Positions 1-8,308 of a stretch of 31,668 nt of DNA are shown in pieces. The translations under genes and the position numbers were made by a program. The number at the start of each line of letters is the position of its first letter. Within the stretch, counting starts at the first letter, position 1. The DNA lies in contig CAYQQF010000001.1 of the NCBI GenBank assembly GCA_964419485.1, forward strand, positions 1-31,668, written 5' to 3'. Under the pieces are notes generated by a model. It saw only the letters and a program-made list of their open reading frames with translations, made no database searches and had not been told where the DNA came from. Source of the DNA: an uncultured Dethiobacter sp. (GTDB lineage: Bacteria; Bacillota; Dethiobacteria; DTU022; UBA8154).

Positions 1-87
1 TTTTGCTGCAATCCCGTTAGGAGGTGATAACAAACTGCTTAACCGGGAAGAGTGAAATGTATTTTATAAAAAAAAGGGGGAACTAAT

Positions 88-879
88 TTGTTGTTAAAGA
101 AACGTGTAATACTGTGTGTAATGATATTAGTGTTGGGTATGTTTGCGGCTGGTTGCACAACAAGCTCTGAAGATACCAGTCTCAGCCGCGTATTGGATGC
201 AGGTGTGTTTAGTGTGGCCGGGAGCGGGGGTTATCCTCCCTTCAATTATTATGAAGGCGAAAATGTTGTCGGTTTCGACGTGGATACCGGCAGGGCCATT
301 GCTGCCGAACTCGACGTGGAACTCGATTATATAACTACCGCCTGGGACGGTATTGTTGAAGGTTTACGGGTGGGTCATTACGATGCGGTGTTGGGCAGTA
401 TGGCCATAAACGATGAGCGGCTGGAAGTCGTTAACTTTACCATTCCTTACTATTATTCCGGTGCCCAGCTGGTTGTTCTCGAAGAGTCGGGGCTTACCGA
501 GCCGGAGCAGATGGCCGGCAAAACCATCGCTGTATCTACCGGCACCACTTTTGCCGAAGACGCGGCTGCTCTTGGTGCCGAAGTAAGCTACTACGATGAT
601 GATACGCTTACATTGGCGGAGCTGTTGAACGGCCGTGTTGACGGTGTTATTACTGACCGTCTGGTAGCCGTGCGCGCTATTAATGAAATGCCGGGCGGTG
701 AACGGCTGACTATGATAGGGGAACTGCTGCGCCTGGAAGAGATGGCACTGGCTGTCCGTCAGGGAGAAGATGAGCTTTTAAACGAGTTGAACCGTATTTT
801 ACAAAAGATGCATGATGCCGGCACCCTGACCGCCATCAGTGAAGACTGGTTTGAAGGGCTGGATATTACGAAAAAGTAA
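88..879 (+). CDS. Polar amino-acid ABC transporter substrate-binding lipoprotein (SBP family 3; cystine/YxeM-like by resemblance)
   Basis: TTG start after AAGGGGG; signal peptide with lipobox FAAG-C23; family 3 motifs GYPPFNY, GFDVD, WDGIVEGL, PYYYSG, TDR. Substrate not determinable. Confidence 0.9.
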   Translation: MLLKKRVILCVMILVLGMFAAGCTTSSEDTSLSRVLDAGVFSVAGSGGYPPFNYYEGENVVGFDVDTGRAIAAELDVELDYITTAWDGIVEGLRVGHYDAVLGSMAINDERLEVVNFTIPYYYSGAQLVVLEESGLTEPEQMAGKTIAVSTGTTFAEDAAALGAEVSYYDDDTLTLAELLNGRVDGVITDRLVAVRAINEMPGGERLTMIGELLRLEEMALAVRQGEDELLNELNRILQKMHDAGTLTAISEDWFEGLDITKK

Positions 880-885
880 AGCGGG

Positions 886-920
886 AAAAGGCACGGTTCC
901 CTGTGGCGCCGTGCCTTTTT
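886..920 (+). terminator. Intercistronic stem-loop / partial terminator after the SBP gene
   Basis: Perfect 11-bp inverted repeat AAAAGGCACGG (886-896) / CCGTGCCTTTT (909-919), 12-nt loop, ending in a T run. Confidence 0.75.
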
Positions 921-939
921 AGAATAAGGAGATGGCCTG

Positions 940-1611
940 ATGATTGAATTTCCCTGGGATTTTACTATTATCCCATCATATTTTCCTCTTTTTGTGCCGG
1001 CTGCGCTGATTACCCTGCAAATCACCACAATGGGGATTCTTCTGGGCCTCGTGCTGGGGTTAATTTTCAGTTTAATGCGTCTTTCGCCTCTCCAGGTGTT
1101 AAACGGTCCCGCCCGACTGTATATCTGGGCGATACGGGGCACACCGCTATTGCTGCAGTTATTCATTATTTACTTTGGTTTTGCCACCATTTTCACGCTG
1201 CCCAGGTTTCTAGCCGCTATTCTTGCACTGGGTATTCACAATGGCGCTTATATCGCAGAGATTTTGCGCGGTGCCATTCAGTCCATTGATCGCGGCCAGA
1301 GTGAAGCGGCCTTTTCTCTGGGGATGACACGCTGGCAGGCTATGAAAAGAATTATCCTGCCCCAGGCATTTAAGCGGGCCGTGCCGCCGCTGGGAAATCA
1401 GTTTATCATTGCCCTGAAAGATTCTTCACTGGCCAGTACTGTTGGCGTTCACGAATTGCTGTATAATGCGAGAGTGTTGGGAGCATACCACTTCACAATG
1501 ATGGAAATGCTGGTAATTGCCGCCATCTTCTACCTGTTTATGACGTCCATTTTCACGCTGGTGCTCGGCCGGGTGGAACACCGGCTGCGTGCCAGCGATT
1601 ACAGAGGTTAG
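940..1611 (+). CDS. Amino-acid ABC transporter permease (HisMQ family)
   Basis: [36 protein letters not shown] (EAA loop), ILPQA, LKDSSL; SD AAGGAG. Confidence 0.93.
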   Translation: MIEFPWDFTIIPSYFPLFVPAALITLQITTMGILLGLVLGLIFSLMRLSPLQVLNGPARLYIWAIRGTPLLLQLFIIYFGFATIFTLPRFLAAILALGIHNGAYIAEILRGAIQSIDRGQSEAAFSLGMTRWQAMKRIILPQAFKRAVPPLGNQFIIALKDSSLASTVGVHELLYNARVLGAYHFTMMEMLVIAAIFYLFMTSIFTLVLGRVEHRLRASDYRG

Positions 1612-1621
1612 GAGCACTGCC

Positions 1622-2344
1622 ATGATTAAAATTGCCGGTCTGCATAAATGGTTCGGAAAACTGCACGTTTTAAAAGGCATTGATCTAAATGTGCAAGAAC
1701 AGGAAGTGGTGGTCTTAATCGGAGCGAGCGGCTCAGGTAAGAGCACGCTGCTTCGATGCGTCAACTTCCTGGAGGTGCCGCAGCAAGGCCGAATTCATAT
1801 TGATGGCGAAGCAGTCAATCCCCGCGGGAAAAACTTGCACGCTATCCGCCAGGAAGTGGGCATGGTGTTTCAGCATTTTAACCTTTTCCCCCATATGACC
1901 GTTTTAAGTAATGTTATCGAAGGTCCGGCTCAGGTCAAACGGGTGCCCCGTGCCGAAGCTGTGCAAACAGGTATGGAGCTGCTGGAAAAGGTTGGTCTTT
2001 CCGATAAGGCGGATACCTACCCTGCCATGCTTTCTGGCGGGCAGAAACAGCGGGTTGCTATTGCCCGGGCTTTGGCCATGCACCCCAAAATTATGCTTTT
2101 TGATGAGCCTACATCTGCCCTGGATCCGGAACTGGTAGGCGAAGTGCTGCAGGTGATGAAGGATTTAGCTAATGAAGGGATGACCATGCTTGTTGTCAGC
2201 CACGAAATGGGGTTTGCCCGGGAAGTGGCCGACCGGGTCATCTTTATGGATGAAGGGATTATTGTCGAAGAAGGCGACCCCGATTTAATCTACAGTAAGC
2301 CTCAGAATGAACGGACCCGGGAGTTCCTTAGCCACATCCTTTAA
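1622..2344 (+). CDS. Amino-acid ABC transporter ATP-binding protein (GlnQ family)
   Basis: Walker A GASGSGKS, signature LSGGQ, Walker [11 protein letters not shown]-loop SHEM. Start moved from ORF-track 1589 to ATG 1622 (SD AGGAG upstream). Confidence 0.95.
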   Translation: MIKIAGLHKWFGKLHVLKGIDLNVQEQEVVVLIGASGSGKSTLLRCVNFLEVPQQGRIHIDGEAVNPRGKNLHAIRQEVGMVFQHFNLFPHMTVLSNVIEGPAQVKRVPRAEAVQTGMELLEKVGLSDKADTYPAMLSGGQKQRVAIARALAMHPKIMLFDEPTSALDPELVGEVLQVMKDLANEGMTMLVVSHEMGFAREVADRVIFMDEGIIVEEGDPDLIYSKPQNERTREFLSHIL

Positions 2345-2420
2345 CAGGTATTGTTTTTTTCAGCCCGATACGGTATATTTTTCTAGCGGTACCTTAGTAT
2401 TCGACCGCGGGGTGAGATAA

Positions 2421-3359
2421 TTGAGTTTTACACCGTGCCAGGAGATAATAAAAAATATTTCCACTGTCGTTGTGGGGAAATCCCGTCCTCTTGAGCTTTT
2501 ACTGGTGGCACTTTTAGCAGAAGGGCATGTTTTACTGGAAGATGTCCCCGGAGTAGGCAAAACTTTGCTGGCCAAGTCGCTGGCCAGGTCTATGGGGGGA
2601 TCTTTTAAACGGGTCCAGTTTACCCCGGACCTGCTGCCTTCAGATATTACCGGCTTCAATGTTTATGATCAGAGAACTAATCAGTTTGCCTTTCAACCAG
2701 GCCCGGTTATGGCCAATATCCTGCTGGCTGACGAGATTAACCGGACAATCCCCCGGACACAGGCCAGTTTACTGGAAAGTATGGAAGAAGGACAGGTGAC
2801 CATTGATGGGACAACCATGGTCCTGCCCCGTCCTTTTTTTGTTATCGCCACTCAGAATCCTATAGAACTGGAGGGGACTTTCCCCCTGCCTGAAGCACAG
2901 ATGGACCGTTTCCTTCTGCGTGTTGAGCTTGGATACCCTTCCCGGGAAGAGGAGTGCCTGATTTTGGAGCGTTTTCAGGAAACAGACCCGCTTTTAGGCT
3001 TGCAGGCTGTGACGACTTCGGAAGAAGTGCTTAAAATGCAGCGGGAAAGAAGAAGTATTCGAGTTTCCCCGAGTATTAAGGACTATATCGTCGGCATTGT
3101 TGAAGCGACGCGGCAATCCCGATTTCTTCGTTTCGGGGCCAGTCCCCGGTGTTCTCTGCATCTTATGCGCGCGTCACAGGCTTATGCCGCCCTTTCAGGC
3201 AGGCAATATGTGCTGCCTGATGATGTAAAATTTCTTGCAGGGCCTGTTTTAATCCATCGGCTTATTTTACGGAATGAGGAAAAAATACGCGGCATAACGG
3301 TGCAAAAAATCATCGAAGAACTTATTGCCGGAGTGCCTGTGCCCGGTGCGGAGGGCTGA
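2421..3359 (+). CDS. moxR: MoxR-family AAA+ ATPase
   Basis: GHVLLEDVPGVGKT (Walker A), RVQFTPDLLPSD, LADEINR (Walker B), ATQNP, EGTFPLPEAQMDRF, GASPR. Confidence 0.93.
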   Translation: MSFTPCQEIIKNISTVVVGKSRPLELLLVALLAEGHVLLEDVPGVGKTLLAKSLARSMGGSFKRVQFTPDLLPSDITGFNVYDQRTNQFAFQPGPVMANILLADEINRTIPRTQASLLESMEEGQVTIDGTTMVLPRPFFVIATQNPIELEGTFPLPEAQMDRFLLRVELGYPSREEECLILERFQETDPLLGLQAVTTSEEVLKMQRERRSIRVSPSIKDYIVGIVEATRQSRFLRFGASPRCSLHLMRASQAYAALSGRQYVLPDDVKFLAGPVLIHRLILRNEEKIRGITVQKIIEELIAGVPVPGAEG

Positions 3360-3363
3360 AAAA

Positions 3364-4566
3364 GTGACGGGAAATAATGAAGCTGGAAGAAATACGCCCT
3401 CAATTTTTGTGGAAAATTTTTTTCACTTTCTAACCGTTTTACTATTATTTTTCGCCCTTCTGTGGGAACAGAAGGGTCTTATTTACCTGTCGATTCTTCT
3501 CCTGATTATGATTAACAGTGCCAGGCTATGGTGCTGTTTAAGCCTTCGGGGAGTAGATGCCTCCCTGAGAATTGACCGGGTAAAGGTCTTTCCCGGTGAG
3601 AAAATTCTTGTGGATAGCCAGGTGCAGAACAGCCGTTTGCTTCCGGTTTGGCTGCAAATGGAAGTACCCCTTTCCAGGGGGTTCTCCCATTCTTACGGGG
3701 GCGATATTTTAAGCGGGGAGAGCGGCTTGTTGTGGAGGGAAAAAATAACCTGGAAATGGGAGTTGACGGCTCCAAAACGCGGTTGCTATATGATTGGTCC
3801 GCCCAGCTTGATAACAGGGGACCTGCTGGGTTTTTTTCAGCGAAGAAAAGCGATAATACCTTTATCGTGGATAACAGTCTTTCCGCGCCTCGTATCTCTA
3901 AATCCGCTGCCGACCCCGTTGGAAGAATTTTTTGGCAAACAGGGGGCAAAAAACCCGATAGAGGACCCGGTTTACCCCGTCGCGACCAGGGACTATCGAT
4001 CGGGACGGCCTGCAAGACATATCCACTGGAAAGCCAGCCTGCGCCATAATCGCCTTCAGGAAAAAGTTTTTGAGCCGTCGTCGCGAAAAAAGATTCTGCT
4101 GGCAATAGATGTAGAACAATTTCAACGCAATGAGGATGAGGAAAGTTTTGAAGCTGTTTTGGAAGTGGCTGCCACCCTTGCTGTTCGCTTAAACTTTCAA
4201 GGAAGCTCTTTCGGCCTGGTCTCCAACGGATTAATGCTTCACGGAAATTCTGCTGTCCTTTCTCTATTCAGAGGGGAATTACACCTTCAATCTATTTTGG
4301 AAGCTTTGGCCGCCCTGCAGATGGAAGCCCAAAAGACGCTTGCCGAGATACTAAGCCAATCTTGTGACATGTTCAGAGGGTGTTCATGTCTTTATTTATC
4401 CTGTCAAAGCGGTAAGGGAACTCACGAAGCTGTTGAAATCCTGAAAAACTACCGTATACCTTCAATTTTTGTTTTTACAACCCCTGGTGAAGATATTCCG
4501 GAAGGAGCCGGACAACGCGTTTTCAAGCTGGATGAAATTTACAGCGGGAGTGAGATCAGTGTCTAG
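3364..4566 (+). CDS. DUF58 domain-containing membrane-anchored protein
   Basis: N-terminal TM hairpin, RGCYMIGP, GDLLGFF, RDYRSGRPARHIHWKAS (variant of REYxxGD..IHWKAS); directly follows moxR. Likely GTG start 3364 (SD GGAGG) rather than 3325. Confidence 0.85.
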   Translation: MTGNNEAGRNTPSIFVENFFHFLTVLLLFFALLWEQKGLIYLSILLLIMINSARLWCCLSLRGVDASLRIDRVKVFPGEKILVDSQVQNSRLLPVWLQMEVPLSRGFSHSYGGDILSGESGLLWREKITWKWELTAPKRGCYMIGPPSLITGDLLGFFQRRKAIIPLSWITVFPRLVSLNPLPTPLEEFFGKQGAKNPIEDPVYPVATRDYRSGRPARHIHWKASLRHNRLQEKVFEPSSRKKILLAIDVEQFQRNEDEESFEAVLEVAATLAVRLNFQGSSFGLVSNGLMLHGNSAVLSLFRGELHLQSILEALAALQMEAQKTLAEILSQSCDMFRGCSCLYLSCQSGKGTHEAVEILKNYRIPSIFVFTTPGEDIPEGAGQRVFKLDEIYSGSEISV

Positions 4567-5965
4567 GCCGAAAGAATTCTTCATACTGATCACCTCAGGC
4601 GGAATGGAACTCTGCTGGCTTAATGGTCTTGCTTTTTTTATTCTTTATACGCTCGGGGCCGGTCATTTTATTTTTGCAGGAGGACTTGTAGCTTTCTGGA
4701 TTTCTGCGATTTTGGATTTTTATATTCAGGGCCGGGGTTGGAGAATTATCCAGGTTCTCGGACTGCGGGCGGCCGGTTTTGTAATAGTTTTACTAGTAGC
4801 ACTGTATTCTTACAGGGATTGGTCGTTTTCTTTTTTCAGCATGGAATGGCTGCGGGAGGCGGGGAGCGAGTTTCAGAACCCCATGGGAGGGTTGGTCCTT
4901 ATTCTCGTTGCTTTTTTTACTGCATTGTTCTGGTTCAGTGGAAAAAGGTTCTCAAGGCGTTCGACCTCCTATTTTACTGTTACTTCCCGTTTTGATCTGG
5001 GGGTTGCTGTTTTCTTTTTTTTATTCCTCTTTGGAGGTGGGTTGGGGGAGCAAGTTCCTGCCGTGCCCTTTTTCCTTTTTCCATTTTTTTTCTTTAGCAT
5101 GTTATCCATCTCTCTGGCGCGCAGCCGGGGGAGTGGAAAAAAAGAATACCTCCTTGGATTTGGAAAAATTGGACTGGTATTTTTGGTTTGCGGAGTATTG
5201 CTTTTATTGGCCTTGGGGATTGTGTTGCTGTTTCGTCCGGGGATGTCCCTGCTGGCAGAAACGGGGTATGCTTTTGGCAGACAATTATTCTCCCCTCTGG
5301 GTACTTTTCTTCTGAAAGTTATCCGTTTTCTGTACGGAGGCCGCTCTCTTGGAAATAACACTGCAGTTAACAGCGGGGAAAGCGGTATTGAATCATCAAT
5401 ACCGGAAATAATTGCAGGCCATGAGGTTCAGTTGTGGGAAAAATATTTTGCCACGGGTATGTTGATTTTGCTCGGGGCTGCCGTTGTAATTGCAGTCGGT
5501 TGGGGGTTGTATCATCTAGGCCGCCGGCTCTTTTCCAAAACCGCATACCGTGAAAAAAAGAGTCTTTTTTGGAAATATCTGCTTTTAGGTCTTCTATCTC
5601 TTGGCAAAAGATGCCGGAAAATATTGCTGTGGTTTGCAGCACTTTTTTCCCCGCCTGGTGATCGGGGTGAAGGAACCCGGAGATATAAAAAACTCCTTTT
5701 TTGGGGTAAAAGCGGCGGTTTTCCCCGCGGTGCAACTGAGACGCCGGGGGAGTACGGTATGCGTCTGGCACAAAGTTTTCCGCTTTTCAAAGAAGAAATT
5801 CAGTTACTAATTGAAGCTTATCATGATGAAGCATATGGAGAACTTAAACTGAATGTGGAGAGAGAAAAGCGCATCAGGCAGGCCTGGCGCAGGTTATCCA
5901 CTCCGCTTCACTGGCCTATCAGGCTAAGAACCATGTTTTACCCGGGAGCTAGAAGTCAGAAGTAA
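4559..5965 (+). CDS. Polytopic membrane protein with C-terminal DUF4129-like domain
   Basis: About 9-10 hydrophobic segments; C-terminal RGATETPGEYGMRL...YHDEAYG resembles DUF4129 (ETPxEY...Y..ARYG). Probable GTG start 4559 overlapping the DUF58 stop. Confidence 0.7.
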   Translation: MSRPKEFFILITSGGMELCWLNGLAFFILYTLGAGHFIFAGGLVAFWISAILDFYIQGRGWRIIQVLGLRAAGFVIVLLVALYSYRDWSFSFFSMEWLREAGSEFQNPMGGLVLILVAFFTALFWFSGKRFSRRSTSYFTVTSRFDLGVAVFFFLFLFGGGLGEQVPAVPFFLFPFFFFSMLSISLARSRGSGKKEYLLGFGKIGLVFLVCGVLLLLALGIVLLFRPGMSLLAETGYAFGRQLFSPLGTFLLKVIRFLYGGRSLGNNTAVNSGESGIESSIPEIIAGHEVQLWEKYFATGMLILLGAAVVIAVGWGLYHLGRRLFSKTAYREKKSLFWKYLLLGLLSLGKRCRKILLWFAALFSPPGDRGEGTRRYKKLLFWGKSGGFPRGATETPGEYGMRLAQSFPLFKEEIQLLIEAYHDEAYGELKLNVEREKRIRQAWRRLSTPLHWPIRLRTMFYPGARSQK

Positions 5966-5981
5966 GGTACTTACCAAATTC

Positions 5982-6010
5982 GGAATACTCTTAGAGTATT
6001 TTCCTTTTTT
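5982..6010 (+). terminator. Probable intrinsic terminator of the moxR operon
   Basis: AATACTC-TTA-GAGTATT hairpin (5984-6000), extendable by GG/CC, followed by TTTTTT. Confidence 0.5.
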
Positions 6011-6071
6011 CAGGCATATATTTGCGATAGGGGAATATAAAACTTAGCAATTGCTGAAAAGGGAAAATAAA

Positions 6072-7841
6072 ATGCTTTCCTTGCATAAAAAACCTGTCTA
6101 TAAAAAAGTCATACTGCTGGGGTTTCCCAATGTTGGGAAAAGCCTTCTATTCCAACACCTTACCGGCCGGTATGCCGTTGTTTCAAATTACCCCGGAACA
6201 ACGGTTGATTTCAGCAGGGGTAAAGGCCGGTTTGCCGGTGAAGCTGTGGAGATTATTGATACCCCGGGGATCTACAGCTTACATGGATCGGGTCAGGAGG
6301 AAGTTATTACCCTGGAGCTTTTGCAAAAAGAAAAACCCTGTCTGCTCCTTTTTGTTGCCGAAGCGGCTGTTTTCCCCCGGGTCAGGGAGTTATTTTTTGA
6401 AATTCGCCGTTTTTCTTTGCCCATTATTCTGGTCTTGAACATGATAGATGAAGCAAAGCGGAAGGGAATTTCTTATCACCTGCCAGCTCTGGAGAAAGAG
6501 CTGGGAGTTCCTGTAGTCGAGACATCGGCGACAAGACGTAGCGGATTGGAAGAACTTAAAAAATCCGTGACCAGGGTCTTGTCCTCCCCTGAAACGGCTC
6601 AAACGGTTTATAAGTTTACTAAAAAGAGCAGAGGAGAGAGCCGGGAAGGCCCCGGAGAGCAAAAGCAAAAACACTGTGCCGAGACTTTCCCTGAACCGGT
6701 CAGCATGGGAGAGCGGCTTCATCTGCTGCTGATCAATCCCTGGATAGGTTATCCGCTGGCACTTTTTATTCTCTTTTTCTGTTTTTATTTTATTATGGGC
6801 ATACTGGGAGCCGGAACAGCGGTAGGCTTCCTCGAGGAGACTGTTTTTGGAGAAATTATCCTGCCGGCCTGTGATTTTCTTGCTTTAAAATACATTAAGG
6901 GCAACGTATTAAGGGAGTTGCTGATGGGACAGTTTGGACTGATTCCTATGGGGCTGCGCTACTCCTTTGCTATTGTTCTTCCCCTTGTGACCATGTATTT
7001 TCTTTTTTTTGCCCTTTTGGAAGATTGCGGTTATCTTCCCCGGCTTTCATACCTTTTGCACAGGCCCCTTGGCTATTTAGGGCTTGATGGGCGCGGGGCT
7101 ATTCCTCTTGTTTTGGGTTTCGGCTGTGGAACGATGGGAGTTCTGGTTACGAGACTGCTGAAGACCAGGCGGGAAAGATTTTTGGCAACCTTTTTGCTTT
7201 CCCTGGGGATCCCCTGCTCAGCCCAGATAGGTCTGCTTGTCGGCGTATTGGCGCCTTATCCCAAAGTTCTTTTCTTATGGGGTTTTTCCTGGGGAATTAT
7301 TTTTTTTCTTGCCGGAATTTTTTTAAACCGTATTCTTCCGGGTAAAAGAAGGTATACGTGTTTGGAATTTCCTCCCCTTCGCCTGCCTCAGTTTACGGCA
7401 GTTTTTCGCAAGACCGCCTCTCGCGTTTTCTGGTACGTTAAGGAAATTATCCCCTTTTTTTTCGTGATCAGTATTGTTTTTCAATTCCTGCACATGAAAG
7501 GTTGTCTGGCAGCGCTGGAAAAGGTTATGGCTCCTTTTTTTCTGCACCTGGGACTTCCTTCACAGGTTGCGGGTGTTTTTTTGTTTGGTTTTCTGCGTAG
7601 AGATTATGCTGCGGCAGGTCTTTACGATCTGGTTCAAGAAGGCGTGCTGGATTCTGCTTCTATCCTTGTTTGTGCACTTGTACTGACTCTTTTTTTCCCT
7701 TGTATTGCTCAACTGGTGATTATCGTCAGGGAAAGGGGTTTTAAAGAGAGCCTTGCGATTCTGGTACTTATTGCCCTTATATCCTACGGAGCGGGATACG
7801 CGCTGAATAGCTTTATCTCGGCAGTTAATCTTTTCATATGA
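6072..7841 (+). CDS. feoB: Ferrous iron transporter FeoB (short form)
   Basis: G1 GFPNVGKS, G2 NYPGTTV, G3 DTPGIYSL, G4 NMID, G5 ETSA; membrane domain with LEDCGYLPR, GFGC, CSAQ, EFPPLRLP, FFPCIA. Start ATG 6072 or TTG 6051. Confidence 0.9.
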   Translation: MLSLHKKPVYKKVILLGFPNVGKSLLFQHLTGRYAVVSNYPGTTVDFSRGKGRFAGEAVEIIDTPGIYSLHGSGQEEVITLELLQKEKPCLLLFVAEAAVFPRVRELFFEIRRFSLPIILVLNMIDEAKRKGISYHLPALEKELGVPVVETSATRRSGLEELKKSVTRVLSSPETAQTVYKFTKKSRGESREGPGEQKQKHCAETFPEPVSMGERLHLLLINPWIGYPLALFILFFCFYFIMGILGAGTAVGFLEETVFGEIILPACDFLALKYIKGNVLRELLMGQFGLIPMGLRYSFAIVLPLVTMYFLFFALLEDCGYLPRLSYLLHRPLGYLGLDGRGAIPLVLGFGCGTMGVLVTRLLKTRRERFLATFLLSLGIPCSAQIGLLVGVLAPYPKVLFLWGFSWGIIFFLAGIFLNRILPGKRRYTCLEFPPLRLPQFTAVFRKTASRVFWYVKEIIPFFFVISIVFQFLHMKGCLAALEKVMAPFFLHLGLPSQVAGVFLFGFLRRDYAAAGLYDLVQEGVLDSASILVCALVLTLFFPCIAQLVIIVRERGFKESLAILVLIALISYGAGYALNSFISAVNLFI

Positions 7842-7850
7842 GGAGTTAAA

Positions 7851-8186
7851 ATGAGGAGCAGTGAAAAAATAAATAATGGCGAAAAGGCTTTACCCCTCTC
7901 TTGTTTCAAGGCCGGGCAGCGGGGCGTTATTGCTTCTATCCGATCCGTACGGCAGACAGATCTTTATCGGTTCAGAGCTCTGGGCCTAATTCCAGGGGCT
8001 TCCGTTTTTATTGAAAGGACTTTTCCCGTCCTGGCTCTCCGCCTGCCATATTCAAGCCTTTTTCTTGACATTGAACTGGCGGAGAATATCCTGGTTTATC
8101 CGACAGGAAGCCTAAAAAGTTTTAAGAAAAGCGGTATGCCGAGGAAAAAAATTGGTAGATTTTCTTTTTACCCGCAGTTAAAGTAA
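7851..8186 (+). CDS. feoA: FeoA-family protein
   Basis: PLSCFKAGQRGVI...RFRALGLIPGASV..., SH3-like FeoA pattern; SD GAGGAG; adjacent to feoB. Confidence 0.85.
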   Translation: MRSSEKINNGEKALPLSCFKAGQRGVIASIRSVRQTDLYRFRALGLIPGASVFIERTFPVLALRLPYSSLFLDIELAENILVYPTGSLKSFKKSGMPRKKIGRFSFYPQLK

Positions 8187-8225
8187 TAATTTTGTCATAA
8201 ATATATTTTCTTTAACATTCCTTTT

Positions 8226-8258
8226 CTGACAGACATTTCCTGTTTAAGAAGCTATAAT
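8226..8258 (+). promoter_or_regulatory. Spo0A-dependent sigmaA-type spoIIE promoter
   Basis: CTGACA (8226-8231), 21-nt spacer, TATAAT (8253-8258). The long 21-bp spacing with 0A-like TGTC/GACA motifs matches the known B. subtilis spoIIE promoter architecture. Confidence 0.65.
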
Positions 8259-8308
8259 GGCGTTATTCCTGCAAAGCGTTCACTCCTCAAGGAAAGGGAT
8301 GTGAAAAA

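Noticed and set aside
1-87. Possible riboswitch or T-box tail upstream of the amino-acid ABC transporter
   Set aside because: Only 87 nt are visible and there is no T-box, SAM or lysine consensus block or clear terminator.
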